Positions 18,433 through 28,381 of a DNA stretch of 64,000 nucleotides are shown in pieces. The position numbers and the translations under genes were made by a program. Position 1 is the first letter of the stretch. The number at the start of each line of letters is the position of its first letter. The DNA comes from an uncultured Dehalococcoidales bacterium (GTDB taxonomy: Bacteria > Chloroflexota > Dehalococcoidia > GIF9 > UBA5629): NCBI GenBank assembly GCA_964519615.1, contig CAZFIM010000002.1, positions 23,814-87,813 of the forward strand, given 5' to 3'. The notes under the pieces were generated by a model that searched no databases, had not been told where the DNA came from, and saw only the letters and a list, made by a program, of their open reading frames with translations.

Positions 18433-20808
18433 ATGAACATTGAAGCGAGGAAACAAAGAATAAGCAAATTAAGGGAGAAGGTCACAGGCACGCCGGCAAT
18501 TTGCATGGAAAGGCTGTGTTTGATGACGGAGTCTTATAAACAGACTGAGGGTGAGCCTGCTGTCATCAGAAGGGCAAAGGCGCTGCAAAAGATATTGAGC
18601 GGGATGTACATCAATATCGATGACGGAGAGTTGATTGTGGGAAAAACCACCAGCAAAGATCGCGGCAGTACGGTAACTCCGGAGATCAGACAGGAGTGGT
18701 TTTTGCAGCAAATAGAAAGCCTTTCGACCAGAGTATGGGACAGGTTCTCGCCGCTTTCGGAAGATGAAAAGAAAAAGGCAAGGAAATACATGCCCTACTG
18801 GGAAGGCAAATCCGTATGCGACCTGTTTTATGGTATGGCGCCGGAGGAATTCATCAGGCTGGACCACAAGGTCATAACCGGCGGGCTTATCATGCACAAT
18901 TTCAATGTTGGGCATATGGTTTTCGATGCCCAAAGAATTCTAAACATGGGATTGAGCGGCATCAAGAAAGAGGCTGAAGCAGAGCTGTCCAAGTTGAATC
19001 CGGGAATCTATGAGGATTTCGAGAAGTCGCAGTTTTTAAAAGCTGCCGTTATCGCTCTTGATGCTGTAGCGGGCCTTGCCCAAAGATATGCAGAACTTGC
19101 TGAAACCATGGCAAAAAACGAGAGCGGCAGCAAGAGAAGAGCTGAGCTGAAAAAGATCGCACAAACGTGCAGGAGGGTTCCTGCGGGTGCGGCCCGAACG
19201 TTTTTTGAAGCGCTGCAGTCGATCTGGTTTGTACATATAGGGATTGTCATGGAAGGGTGGGGCACCGGCATCGGTATCGGCCGGGCGGATCAGTATTTGT
19301 ATCCCTTCTATCAGAAGGATATGGAAGAGGGGAGAATTACAAAAGATGACGTTTTGGAGCTGTTTGAACTGCTCTATATAAAAATGAATTCATCGGTTAT
19401 TCTGCTGGCAGAGGATGCTGCCAGGATTGCCGGCGGCTTTCCCATATGGCCCAATATGACGCTGGGCGGCGTGACTAAGGATGGAGAAGATGCCGTAAAT
19501 GAGCTTTCTTACCTTTTCCTTGAAGCTGAAGCGGAAGTGCGGCTGCAGCAGGAGGAATTCATTATCAGGGTCAATAAAAAAACTCCGGATGCCTTTTTGC
19601 ATAAAGCATGTGAAGTCGCCAAATTGATGAGGGGAAAATTCAAATTCGTCAGCGATGATACGGCAATACAGGCGCTGCTCGATTGCGGGAAACCCCTCCC
19701 GTACGCGCGTGACTATATTGTGACAGGTTGTTTTAATCTCACCGTCCCCGGAGTATCCGCAGACCTATTCTCAGGCATGTTCAACCTGCCGATGGCGCTG
19801 GAGCTGGCTTTGAATAACGGCGTTTCACGTTTGAGCAAAGAACGGCTGGGGCCGCAAACAGGGGATGCTCGTAAATTCAGTTCCTATGACGATGTATGGA
19901 ATGCCTTTACCAAACAAGTAGCAAGCGCTGTCCCCCTGGTTGTGTTTTATATTAACGCCGATAAGAAGATTTTTGCGGATAACTACCCGTACCCGCTTGA
20001 GTCAGCGCTTTTCAGAGATTGCATCAAGCACGGCAAGAGCATTTTGCACGGAGGTACCGCTCCCTATCTCACCTGCGGAATCGGCCTTGTGGGCGCAGCT
20101 AATGTCGGTGATTCTCTGGCGGCGATAAAAAAGGTTGTATTCGAAGACAGACAGATTACCATGGAGGAATTGGTAGATGCCCTCGATAAAAATTTTGAAG
20201 GCTGTGAGAGAGTTCTCAGCCTGCTCAAGAATGCCCCAAAGTTCGGCAATGACGAGCGCTATGTTGATTCCATTGTCAACGATGTACTCATGTATACCAC
20301 CGAGGAGATAAGAAAATATAGAACCTATTTAGGGACATTGAACACCACCGCGGGTGGAGCGGTCACTTCCAATATTCCCTTAGGATATATAGTAGGGGCG
20401 CTGCCGGACGGAAGAAAGGCCGGGGAATCGCTCTCTGAAGGAGGAATATCCCCTTATCAGGGAAGAAACGTAAGCGGGCCGACGGCTACCATGAGGTCAG
20501 TATCGCAGTTGGACCTGGCACGGTTGAGCAACGGTTCCGTATTGAATATGAGATTGGACCCCGAATCACTGAAAGATGAAGCAAAGATAAGCAAACTGGT
20601 ATCCATGATCAGGACATTCTGTGAAACGGGGGGATACCTGGTTCAATTCAATATTGTCAGTACCGAAACATTAAGGGACGCGCAGGTGCATCCGGAAAAG
20701 TATAGAGACCTTCTAGTCAGGGTAGCCACTTACAGTGCTTATTTTGTGGAACTGAGCCCTGAATTGCAGAACGATATCATTGCCCGGACGGAATTTCAGG
20801 CTCTGTGA
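18433..20808 (+). CDS. glycyl-radical-enzyme (PFL2/glycerol-dehydratase-like) family homologue with Thr at the canonical radical-Gly position
   Basis: About 791 aa. The C-terminal radical-domain fingerprint FNIVSTETLRDAQVHPEKYRDLLVRVATYSAYFVELSPELQNDIIARTEF aligns with RVxGY but has ACT (Thr) where Gly is expected. The Cys loop reads TGCFNL (20849-region gene follows) rather than GCVE. RBS GGAGGA precedes ATG 18433. Confidence 0.85.
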   Translation: MNIEARKQRISKLREKVTGTPAICMERLCLMTESYKQTEGEPAVIRRAKALQKILSGMYINIDDGELIVGKTTSKDRGSTVTPEIRQEWFLQQIESLSTRVWDRFSPLSEDEKKKARKYMPYWEGKSVCDLFYGMAPEEFIRLDHKVITGGLIMHNFNVGHMVFDAQRILNMGLSGIKKEAEAELSKLNPGIYEDFEKSQFLKAAVIALDAVAGLAQRYAELAETMAKNESGSKRRAELKKIAQTCRRVPAGAARTFFEALQSIWFVHIGIVMEGWGTGIGIGRADQYLYPFYQKDMEEGRITKDDVLELFELLYIKMNSSVILLAEDAARIAGGFPIWPNMTLGGVTKDGEDAVNELSYLFLEAEAEVRLQQEEFIIRVNKKTPDAFLHKACEVAKLMRGKFKFVSDDTAIQALLDCGKPLPYARDYIVTGCFNLTVPGVSADLFSGMFNLPMALELALNNGVSRLSKERLGPQTGDARKFSSYDDVWNAFTKQVASAVPLVVFYINADKKIFADNYPYPLESALFRDCIKHGKSILHGGTAPYLTCGIGLVGAANVGDSLAAIKKVVFEDRQITMEELVDALDKNFEGCERVLSLLKNAPKFGNDERYVDSIVNDVLMYTTEEIRKYRTYLGTLNTTAGGAVTSNIPLGYIVGALPDGRKAGESLSEGGISPYQGRNVSGPTATMRSVSQLDLARLSNGSVLNMRLDPESLKDEAKISKLVSMIRTFCETGGYLVQFNIVSTETLRDAQVHPEKYRDLLVRVATYSAYFVELSPELQNDIIARTEFQAL

Positions 20809-20848
20809 AAGAGCGGCAGGTTTAGTACGGGCAGGATAAGAGCGGTCA

Positions 20849-21769
20849 ATGGATAAACGGGAAGGAATTGTATTCCACATCATCAGAGGGTCTTTTGTGG
20901 ATGGATACGGAATCAGGACCACGGTATTTTTAAAGGGATGTCCTCTACGGTGTCTCTGGTGCTGCAACCCTGAAGGACAGCTAAAGCAGCTGCAGATCAA
21001 GTACACGCCCTCAGCGTGCAACAGCTGCGGAAGATGCGCCGAGGTCTGTCCGTATAATGCAATTCAAATCGGGCCGGATAAGAGGGCATTACTCAACAGG
21101 GAATTGTGCACTGATTGCGGACAATGTATAGATGTCTGCTTTACGGGGGCGCTTTCCTTTTTCGGCAAGGTGATGACTGTAGATGAGGTCTGGGATATAG
21201 TGAAGCAGGATGAGCGCTATTACCGTTCTTCCGGGGGAGGGGTCACCATCGGCGGCGGTGAACCGACCTTTCAACCTTATTTCACCTATGCTCTCATGAA
21301 AAGATGTCAGGAAAACCATATTCATGTGGCACTTGACACCTGCGGATATGTCGACAGCAAGCCCGTGCTGCGGTGTCTGGAGGAAGCTGACCTGCTGCTC
21401 TTTGATTTGAAGGGTCTGGATGAGGCGCGCCATAGGGACAATACCGGTGTATCGAATGAGCTGATTCTTAAAAACCTGATACGACTGGATGCCATGGGAA
21501 AAGCGATTATTATCAGATTGCCGCTCATTCCGGGATACACGGACTCGGAAATAAATATCGAAGCTACTGCCAAGCTTATATCCGGGCTTAAATCGGTAGA
21601 GAGGGTAGATCTTCTGGCCTATCACTTATATGGCTCTACAAAATACGAGCAATTAGGGATGCCCGATCGGCTGCGCATGCTGAATATTCAGCCTCTTGGC
21701 GGTGAAAGGCTCGCTGCCGTTATGGATGTGTTCTGTCGATACGATATAAAAGTTCAGATCGGAGGGTAG
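20849..21769 (+). CDS. glycyl-radical enzyme activating enzyme (radical SAM; PFL-AE family with ferredoxin-like insert)
   Basis: CPLRCLWC (Cx3Cx2C), two additional CxxCxxCxxxCP clusters, and the GGGEP SAM motif. Confidence 0.9.
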   Translation: MDKREGIVFHIIRGSFVDGYGIRTTVFLKGCPLRCLWCCNPEGQLKQLQIKYTPSACNSCGRCAEVCPYNAIQIGPDKRALLNRELCTDCGQCIDVCFTGALSFFGKVMTVDEVWDIVKQDERYYRSSGGGVTIGGGEPTFQPYFTYALMKRCQENHIHVALDTCGYVDSKPVLRCLEEADLLLFDLKGLDEARHRDNTGVSNELILKNLIRLDAMGKAIIIRLPLIPGYTDSEINIEATAKLISGLKSVERVDLLAYHLYGSTKYEQLGMPDRLRMLNIQPLGGERLAAVMDVFCRYDIKVQIGG

Positions 21770-21856
21770 GAATAGAGCGCCGGAGCCTCAAACCAGGTAT
21801 TTACAGAGCCAAAAGACGAAGTTATAAAGGAAAATAGCAAACCGGATGGTATTTAT

Positions 21857-23740
21857 ATGCAGAAAGCAATTGTAAGCTACGATAAAGGTATCGGGATACT
21901 CACGAAAGTTTGCGCATATGTAGGTATCTCAGCCATGTTTTTTGTTGTGCTGCTCACGGTAACGCACGGCACAGGACGGTACATTTTCAACAAACCTGTG
22001 CTGGGCATGGTTGAAATAACGAACTTTATGGTAATCAGCGCAGTCTTCCTCACGTTTGCGTATACACTGAAATTGAACGGGCACACGAGTATACGTGTTA
22101 TAATCGACCGCCTCTCGGAGAGAGGCCAGGCTATCTGCGGAGCGGTCAGCAGCGTAATCGGCATAATTTTCTCTGTCGGAGCGTGCTGGCAGACATTGAT
22201 GCAGTGCAAAGAGGTTGTCGGCGCGGTATCCGTCATACTCCATTTGCCCAAAGTACCCTTTTTCTATGTGATAGCTGTGGGGTGGGGACTTTTTACGCTT
22301 ACGCTGATACTGCTGTTAGCAAAAGACCTGTCCAAACTGATGGGCGGGAAATGGATACTGTCTCTTATTCTGCTGACTCTTGCGGCCTCTGCGGCGCTGA
22401 TTCTATTTACACATTCCGGTAGAGGAGTGTTAGGAGATATGAATCAACTCGCGGTCGGTCTGATCGGACTGCTGGTAATCAGTATTCTGCTCTTCTCAGG
22501 TATACCCGTTGCCATAGTTTTAGCGGCAGGCGGGTTTTTCGGCGTTGCTTTATTTGCCGGGTTTCAACCGGCAAACTGTGCTATTGCCACTATCCCTTAT
22601 GCTACCTTATATAACTATGCCTGGTCGAGCATACCGATGTATATCCTCATGGGATTTTTTGCCGATCATTCAGGATTGGCAAAAGATTTTTATACAGGGG
22701 TACAGAAATGGGTGGGACATTTCCGCGGCGGGCTGGCTCAGGCCGTCATCGTCGCCAACGCTGCATTCGGTGCGTGCAGCGGTAACTCGCTCAGTGCAGC
22801 AATTACTTTCTGCTCTATCTCCTTACCTGAAATGCGCAAGTACAGGTATGACGACAAGATCACGCTGGGGGCTATCTGCGGCGGAAGCCTGCTCTCCAGC
22901 TTAATACCTCCCAGCATAGTGCTCATTATTTTCGGTGCGGTGACACAGACGCAGATCAGCGATCTCTTTATCGGTGGGATAATTCCCGGGCTGCTGCTGT
23001 CTGTTATGTTTATGATTCAAATCTACGTTCAGTGCCGGATAAATCCTTTTGTCGGTCCGGCTATGCCGCCGTCACCCATAAGTGAGAGGCTCAGGGCAAC
23101 CACCGGCATGTGGACGGTGGTTGCTGTCTTCGGAATAATAATAGGGGGAATATACTTCGGTCTATTCACGCCCACGGAGGCGGGGGCATTCGGGGCTTTT
23201 GTTGTTCTCCTCATCGGCCTGATAAGGAGAAAACTGGGCTGGGGAGATTTCAAGGATTCCCTGCTGCAGTCAGCTATCACTCTGGGAATGGTAGGATTTT
23301 TATTCGTGGCTGCTCTGGTATTCAACCTGTTTATCGTGAGGACCGGTGTGCCCGTGGCGTTGTCTGAACTGGTGAGCAATGTCAGTTCTCCTCCTCTTTT
23401 TATGATGCTTGTCGTACTGCTGTATATCATACTGGGCCTCTTTTTAGACGGGCTGGCAATATTGATGCTGACTTTGCCTGTTCTTTTCCCGCTTGCCACA
23501 CAGTTGGGTATCGATCCGGTGCATTTCTGCATAGTAATTTCAACAGCTAATCTAATAGGTGCCTTGACGCCCCCCTTCGGTATGGTCGTTTATTCGCTCG
23601 CTACCGTAGCAAAAGATGTCCCTATTATGAAAATCTTTGCCGGTTCAGTGCCTTTTGTTCTCACTACGCTGGCCTGCAATGTAGTACTTATATTTTTCCC
23701 CCAGTTGTCAACGTTTCTTCCTTCTACGATGGCCTCGTAG
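21857..23740 (+). CDS. TRAP transporter fused permease (DctQ-like N-terminus plus DctM-like domain)
   Basis: 627 aa polytopic membrane protein. The first four or so TM helices are DctQ-like and are followed by a DctM 12-TM domain. Confidence 0.85.
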   Translation: MQKAIVSYDKGIGILTKVCAYVGISAMFFVVLLTVTHGTGRYIFNKPVLGMVEITNFMVISAVFLTFAYTLKLNGHTSIRVIIDRLSERGQAICGAVSSVIGIIFSVGACWQTLMQCKEVVGAVSVILHLPKVPFFYVIAVGWGLFTLTLILLLAKDLSKLMGGKWILSLILLTLAASAALILFTHSGRGVLGDMNQLAVGLIGLLVISILLFSGIPVAIVLAAGGFFGVALFAGFQPANCAIATIPYATLYNYAWSSIPMYILMGFFADHSGLAKDFYTGVQKWVGHFRGGLAQAVIVANAAFGACSGNSLSAAITFCSISLPEMRKYRYDDKITLGAICGGSLLSSLIPPSIVLIIFGAVTQTQISDLFIGGIIPGLLLSVMFMIQIYVQCRINPFVGPAMPPSPISERLRATTGMWTVVAVFGIIIGGIYFGLFTPTEAGAFGAFVVLLIGLIRRKLGWGDFKDSLLQSAITLGMVGFLFVAALVFNLFIVRTGVPVALSELVSNVSSPPLFMMLVVLLYIILGLFLDGLAILMLTLPVLFPLATQLGIDPVHFCIVISTANLIGALTPPFGMVVYSLATVAKDVPIMKIFAGSVPFVLTTLACNVVLIFFPQLSTFLPSTMAS

Positions 23741-23858
23741 GATTGTGTTTTATTAATGAAATAAGTCTAATAAAGGAGATGACAGTATGATTTGAACAAA
23801 ACGACTGAATTGTTTTTCATATCACTATTCGTTCTAAATAACAGGGGAGGTTATCGAA

Positions 23859-25067
23859 ATGAAATCAAAAAGCACACTGATTATTGCGAGTGTTCTGCTG
23901 GTTCTCGTAATGCTGATGGGGATTGTCGGCTGTTCCACTAAAGCACCGGCGTCGGCACCGGCGGAGAAGCCACCGACCTCAACAGCATCACCGGATAAGA
24001 ACAAGGTCTATAAATTGACGTTTTCAAGCTTTAACTCTGCTGAAGATAACAAGAGTAAAGTAATCTCAAAATGGTGGTTCAAATGGCTCAATGAGGAGAG
24101 CGGCGGCAGAATAGAGGTTACTTCTTACTTCGATGCACAGGCAGCCGCCCCGCAGGATCAGATAACGGCTGCTAAAAATCATATAGTGGATATTGCGGAA
24201 CCTGCCTCGCACGGTTCACCGGGGTCTTTCCCGCTAAACGATCTTATCGCTCTGCCATTTGTCTTTGACTGGCCGTCCAGCCGTGCTTTCTCACTGACGC
24301 AACTGGCATTACTGGAAAAATATCCTCAATTGAGAGCTGAGATAGAAGATCAGGGAGTGAAGCTGCTGGGCTCCGTTCAGTGCGCCTCACCGTCCGAACT
24401 CTGGGCAGCAGACAAACCGATAAAAGTCCCGAACGATATCAAGGGAATGGTGCTTCATTGCTGGGGGCAGATGGAGGCCGATGCCTTGAAGCTTTGCGGT
24501 GCTGCACCTGAAACCTTTGCTCCGGGTGAAGTGTATGACGCATTGTCCAAAGGCGTAATTGACGGCACTATGGACAGCTATGTTGCGGCATCGCTCGTAT
24601 TCGGTCATATCGACAAAGTCAATTATGGAATAGAAATTAATCTGTCCAATGTATACTGGATGCACGTAATGAACCTCGATACCTGGAACAGCCTACCCTC
24701 CGATCTGCAGGAGCTCTTTATAGGAGAGAACGCCCGCCGTATAACCGAACTATGGGGCTACCAATTTGAGCAGGACGATAGTTTTGCCAAGGATGTTGCT
24801 AATAAGCAGCTTAGTGAACGCGGTAAATCTGAAGTTTATGTTCCCACCGCAGCAGAGATGAAACTATGGAGAGATGCTGTCGTTCAGGTAAAAGACGCTT
24901 GGGTAAAGAGGGCAAATGAGCTGGGAGCACCGGGCGAAGACATGTGGAACGACCTGTTGAAATTCGCTGAACAGTACTCCTACAAGAATTATCCCACACA
25001 GGATTGGTACCTGCCTACATTACAGAAATATCAAAATGAGGTTCCGCTGCCTGATCACTGGAAGTAA
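23859..25067 (+). CDS. TRAP transporter solute-binding lipoprotein (DctP-like)
   Basis: Signal peptide with lipobox IVGC and periplasmic-binding-protein-like sequence features shared with the DctP at 35493. RBS GGGGAGG. Confidence 0.65.
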   Translation: MKSKSTLIIASVLLVLVMLMGIVGCSTKAPASAPAEKPPTSTASPDKNKVYKLTFSSFNSAEDNKSKVISKWWFKWLNEESGGRIEVTSYFDAQAAAPQDQITAAKNHIVDIAEPASHGSPGSFPLNDLIALPFVFDWPSSRAFSLTQLALLEKYPQLRAEIEDQGVKLLGSVQCASPSELWAADKPIKVPNDIKGMVLHCWGQMEADALKLCGAAPETFAPGEVYDALSKGVIDGTMDSYVAASLVFGHIDKVNYGIEINLSNVYWMHVMNLDTWNSLPSDLQELFIGENARRITELWGYQFEQDDSFAKDVANKQLSERGKSEVYVPTAAEMKLWRDAVVQVKDAWVKRANELGAPGEDMWNDLLKFAEQYSYKNYPTQDWYLPTLQKYQNEVPLPDHWK

Positions 25068-25087
25068 TCAATATCTGCAACCTGTAT

Positions 25088-25115
25088 CCGGGATGAGCTA
25101 CGCTGCTCATCCCGG
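25088..25115. terminator. hairpin (11 bp stem CCGGGATGAGC / GCTCATCCCGG) between the convergent TRAP SBP and MFS genes
   Basis: Perfect inverted repeat; no U-tract. Confidence 0.35.
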
Positions 25116-25228
25116 ACAGATATCCTGATATCCGGTAGCATTTGGATACAGGCGCATTGCCGTACGGTATATTCATCGGCTTCATTAGCAGTTCGTACGA
25201 CGGAATATATTCAGCAGCGACTCCACGC

Positions 25229-26626
25229 TTATTTTTTGTCAACCCGGTTGTGCGGAGGTAGCATGGATGTGGGGCGGGCGGGTATGAAAAATACCGCTGC
25301 TATGGAAAGAACCAGAACGACAGCCCAGCCGGTAAAGAGAATACTGAATGCGGCGCTCATATCATCCATAAGCTGTAGTACGATGGTGGATATCAGTATG
25401 CCTATGCTGCTGCCGATCTGCCTGAACAGGATTCGCACTGCGGTGATCGTTGCCACTCTATCGGGCATAAGTTCGATGCAGGCGTTATTCGAAGAAGGAG
25501 AAGCAGAGCCGATGCCGATTCCGGAAATGAACATGATGACGGCAAGCACTGCTGCTGCATCAAGATTGAGGCCCATGATCCTGAAGCCTTGAGGTTCGAG
25601 TGCAAGCAGGAAAAGGCTAAGCGCCATCACCACCGTGCCTACCAGAATAGGCTTGCGGTATCCCCATCTCATAAGGAAAAAACTGGCGATTGCTGAGGTT
25701 ATAATCGTTGCGACAGACCTGGGGGTAAGTATGAAACCGCTCATAAAAGTCGACATGCCGTAGACGGATACTGCGAAGTAGGGAATAAGCGTGATAACTC
25801 CTATAGCGCATGCGCCGTAAACAAGATTATATATGTTCGTAGCCAGGAACGGTCTTTCCCTCAGAAGCGCGAAATCGAGTATAGGTTCAGGAGTACTGCG
25901 TTCCCGGCGAATAAAAAGAAACAGGATAATGATACCGGCGGCAATGAATAATGTGGAAAATAGGGATGATATCCCGAATTCAGCATCTGACAGTGCGGTA
26001 AAACCGAACATAGCGGCAAAAAGGGAGAGAGAAAGCAGGCCTGCGCCGGCAAGATCGATCTTTCCCTCGCGATGTCCGCTTCCCCCGTGCAGCAGCAGCC
26101 AGGAAAAAAGGAGAACTATAATTCCTGCAGGAACATTGAGCCAGAAGACAGACCTCCACCCCCACGCATCCACCATCCACCCCCCAAGGTTCGGGCCGAT
26201 TACCATACCAATGGGAAAAATGCTGCTGATCAGGCCTATCGAGCGCTGGCGTGATTCGGGAAACTCGCTGCTGATAATAGCAGTTGCGCAGGGCATAAAC
26301 GCCGCCCCGCCGACCGCCTGAATCACACGGAAGGCGATGAGCAGATAGATATCGGGAGCGATGGCGCACAGTGCTGAGCCGATCGTAAACAATAATGTGC
26401 TTACCGTGAGGACCGTTCTCTGGCCGAAGAATTCTGTTATTTTCCCTGTCAAAGGCACTACCGCAATCCAGGTCAGTTGAAAGGCGGTCAACGTCCAGCC
26501 GGCAATAACTACGGTGGTGTCCAGATCTGAAATAATGTCAGGAAAAGCGACCGATATAGCGGTGGCACTGACCGTATAAAGCAGCAAAGGCAGGGTCGCA
26601 ATGATAAAAACAAGATATCTGCGCAT
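25229..26626 (-). CDS. MFS transporter (14-TM DHA2 / EmrB-QacA-like efflux family)
   Basis: 465 aa. MFS motif GKITEFFGQRTVL and a 14-helix hydropathy layout. Confidence 0.85.
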   Translation of the reverse strand: MRRYLVFIIATLPLLLYTVSATAISVAFPDIISDLDTTVVIAGWTLTAFQLTWIAVVPLTGKITEFFGQRTVLTVSTLLFTIGSALCAIAPDIYLLIAFRVIQAVGGAAFMPCATAIISSEFPESRQRSIGLISSIFPIGMVIGPNLGGWMVDAWGWRSVFWLNVPAGIIVLLFSWLLLHGGSGHREGKIDLAGAGLLSLSLFAAMFGFTALSDAEFGISSLFSTLFIAAGIIILFLFIRRERSTPEPILDFALLRERPFLATNIYNLVYGACAIGVITLIPYFAVSVYGMSTFMSGFILTPRSVATIITSAIASFFLMRWGYRKPILVGTVVMALSLFLLALEPQGFRIMGLNLDAAAVLAVIMFISGIGIGSASPSSNNACIELMPDRVATITAVRILFRQIGSSIGILISTIVLQLMDDMSAAFSILFTGWAVVLVLSIAAVFFIPARPTSMLPPHNRVDKK

Positions 26627-26683
26627 GTTTATCTGCTTGTTTGCAGCCGGAAAATCATAAGGCTTTTTATATCTTTCAATAAT

Positions 26684-26708
26684 AAAACCGGTAATATATA
26701 CCGGTTTT
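26684..26708. other. perfect 10 bp stem hairpin flanked by A- and T-tracts (AAAACCGGTA-atata-TACCGGTTTT), lying between divergently transcribed genes
   Basis: Looks like a bidirectional intrinsic terminator, but no ORF ends next to it. Confidence 0.3.
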
Positions 26709-26802
26709 ATTAAGAATTATACCCTTAGTATTGAAATATATAAAACACAGACGGGGACAATCGTAGTATTAGCGGAGAAAATCTGCTATTATTACTGCTG
26801 AT

Positions 26803-28203
26803 TTGAGTGAGCGAGGGATACAAAGTATATGCCTGTTTGCTGCTGTGTGTCTGCTATTGATATTTCTTTGTAGCGGCTGCGGCAAAACGGAGAAGCCCCA
26901 GGTGCCTTCCGTTTCTCCTTCCACCCCTCCCCCTAACTTACCCCCATCAGCGGAGCAGGCCCAATGTCCTGAGCTGGTGTTTAATGACCGCGAGTTCGCG
27001 TTTGAGCTCAGGCGGACCCTCTCGGCGGCGTGCGCCGGAGAAGCTGATTTGGGAGAGTGTCTTTATACCGCCTCACGCATCACAGAGCCGGATTTCGAGA
27101 GCTGGTATAGCCAGTGGTACGCGACGGCTGAACATGCCAGAGCAGGCGGCGATGAAAGCCTCGCACAGGGGCATGAGGTAAGCGCCCGCAATGCCTATTA
27201 CCGCGCTGCCACCTATTACCGCACGGCGGAATTCTTCCTGCACGGCGAACCGGCCGATCCTCGCATCATTGAAACCTGGGGAAAAAGCAGGGACGTGTTT
27301 GTGGCGGCGGCAGAGCTCGATACCGTCCCCTTTGAAATATTGGAAATTCCGTATGAGGATACAACCCTGCCCGCATATTTTTACAGTGTCGATGATTCAG
27401 GCAAGCCCCGCCCGCTGCTGATAGTACAGACAGGCTTTGACGGATGTCAGGAGGAATTGCACCCCTATGCCGTACAAGGACTTCAGCGGGGATACAACGT
27501 GCTCACCTTTGAAGGGCCCGGTCAGGGTGCCGTTATACGGCTGCAGCACATCCCTTTCCGGGCGGATTGGGAGAAAGTAGTCACACCGGTGGTGAATTAT
27601 GTGTCGGACCGCCCTGATGTGGATAAGAACCGTATAGCATTGTGGGGCATAAGCCTGGGAGGCTATTTTGCCCCGCGGGCTGCGGCTTATGAACCGAGGA
27701 TTGCGGCGGTGATAGCTGACGGGGCGGTGTATGATGTTGGCGGAAATTTGCTCAACGGCTTGAAGCAGGCGGGCGGGCAGCTCGCGCAGATAACCCGGGA
27801 GGAGTTGCATGAGTACCTGCTCACCGACCCGGAGGAATTCAACGATATCATGAAAAGCATGATGAAGAGCAGCACCGCAAGCCGCTGGCAAAATGAGCAT
27901 GGGATGTATACATTCGACGCTGCTTCTCCCGCCCTCTTCTGGGCAAAGTATATGGATTTTACGCTTGAAGGGGCGGCTCAAGCCATACGCTGCCCGGTGC
28001 TGATTTGCTTCAGCCGGACTGACAGCTTCGACCCCGACGGTAAACAGGCACACCTGCTCTACGATAATCTTAACTCTGCCAGGACGCTTATGGAATTTAT
28101 CGGGGAGTATGGGGCGGGGTATCACTGCCAGATGGGCGCGTGGGCGCAGTCATTTGCCAGGAAATTCGACTGGCTGGATCAGACAATAAACGCTTTACCC
28201 TGA
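26803..28203 (+). CDS. alpha/beta-fold hydrolase lipoprotein
   Basis: Signal peptide with lipobox LCSGC and a GISLGG nucleophile elbow (GxSxG). Probable TTG start. Confidence 0.7.
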   Translation: MSERGIQSICLFAAVCLLLIFLCSGCGKTEKPQVPSVSPSTPPPNLPPSAEQAQCPELVFNDREFAFELRRTLSAACAGEADLGECLYTASRITEPDFESWYSQWYATAEHARAGGDESLAQGHEVSARNAYYRAATYYRTAEFFLHGEPADPRIIETWGKSRDVFVAAAELDTVPFEILEIPYEDTTLPAYFYSVDDSGKPRPLLIVQTGFDGCQEELHPYAVQGLQRGYNVLTFEGPGQGAVIRLQHIPFRADWEKVVTPVVNYVSDRPDVDKNRIALWGISLGGYFAPRAAAYEPRIAAVIADGAVYDVGGNLLNGLKQAGGQLAQITREELHEYLLTDPEEFNDIMKSMMKSSTASRWQNEHGMYTFDAASPALFWAKYMDFTLEGAAQAIRCPVLICFSRTDSFDPDGKQAHLLYDNLNSARTLMEFIGEYGAGYHCQMGAWAQSFARKFDWLDQTINALP

Positions 28204-28381
28204 AGGCTTCCCTGCCTCCGCTTTTACCCGGCATACATAGCAGAACGGCTCATCATCCTTCATGCCCGCTGCCGCATATCCGCAGCTTATTGCATCAAAC
28301 GAGGATGTGCTCTTGAAATTATGTTTTGGCTGTGATACTGTTAAACCATACAACAACATTGTTGTGTTATATGATAAGTGT

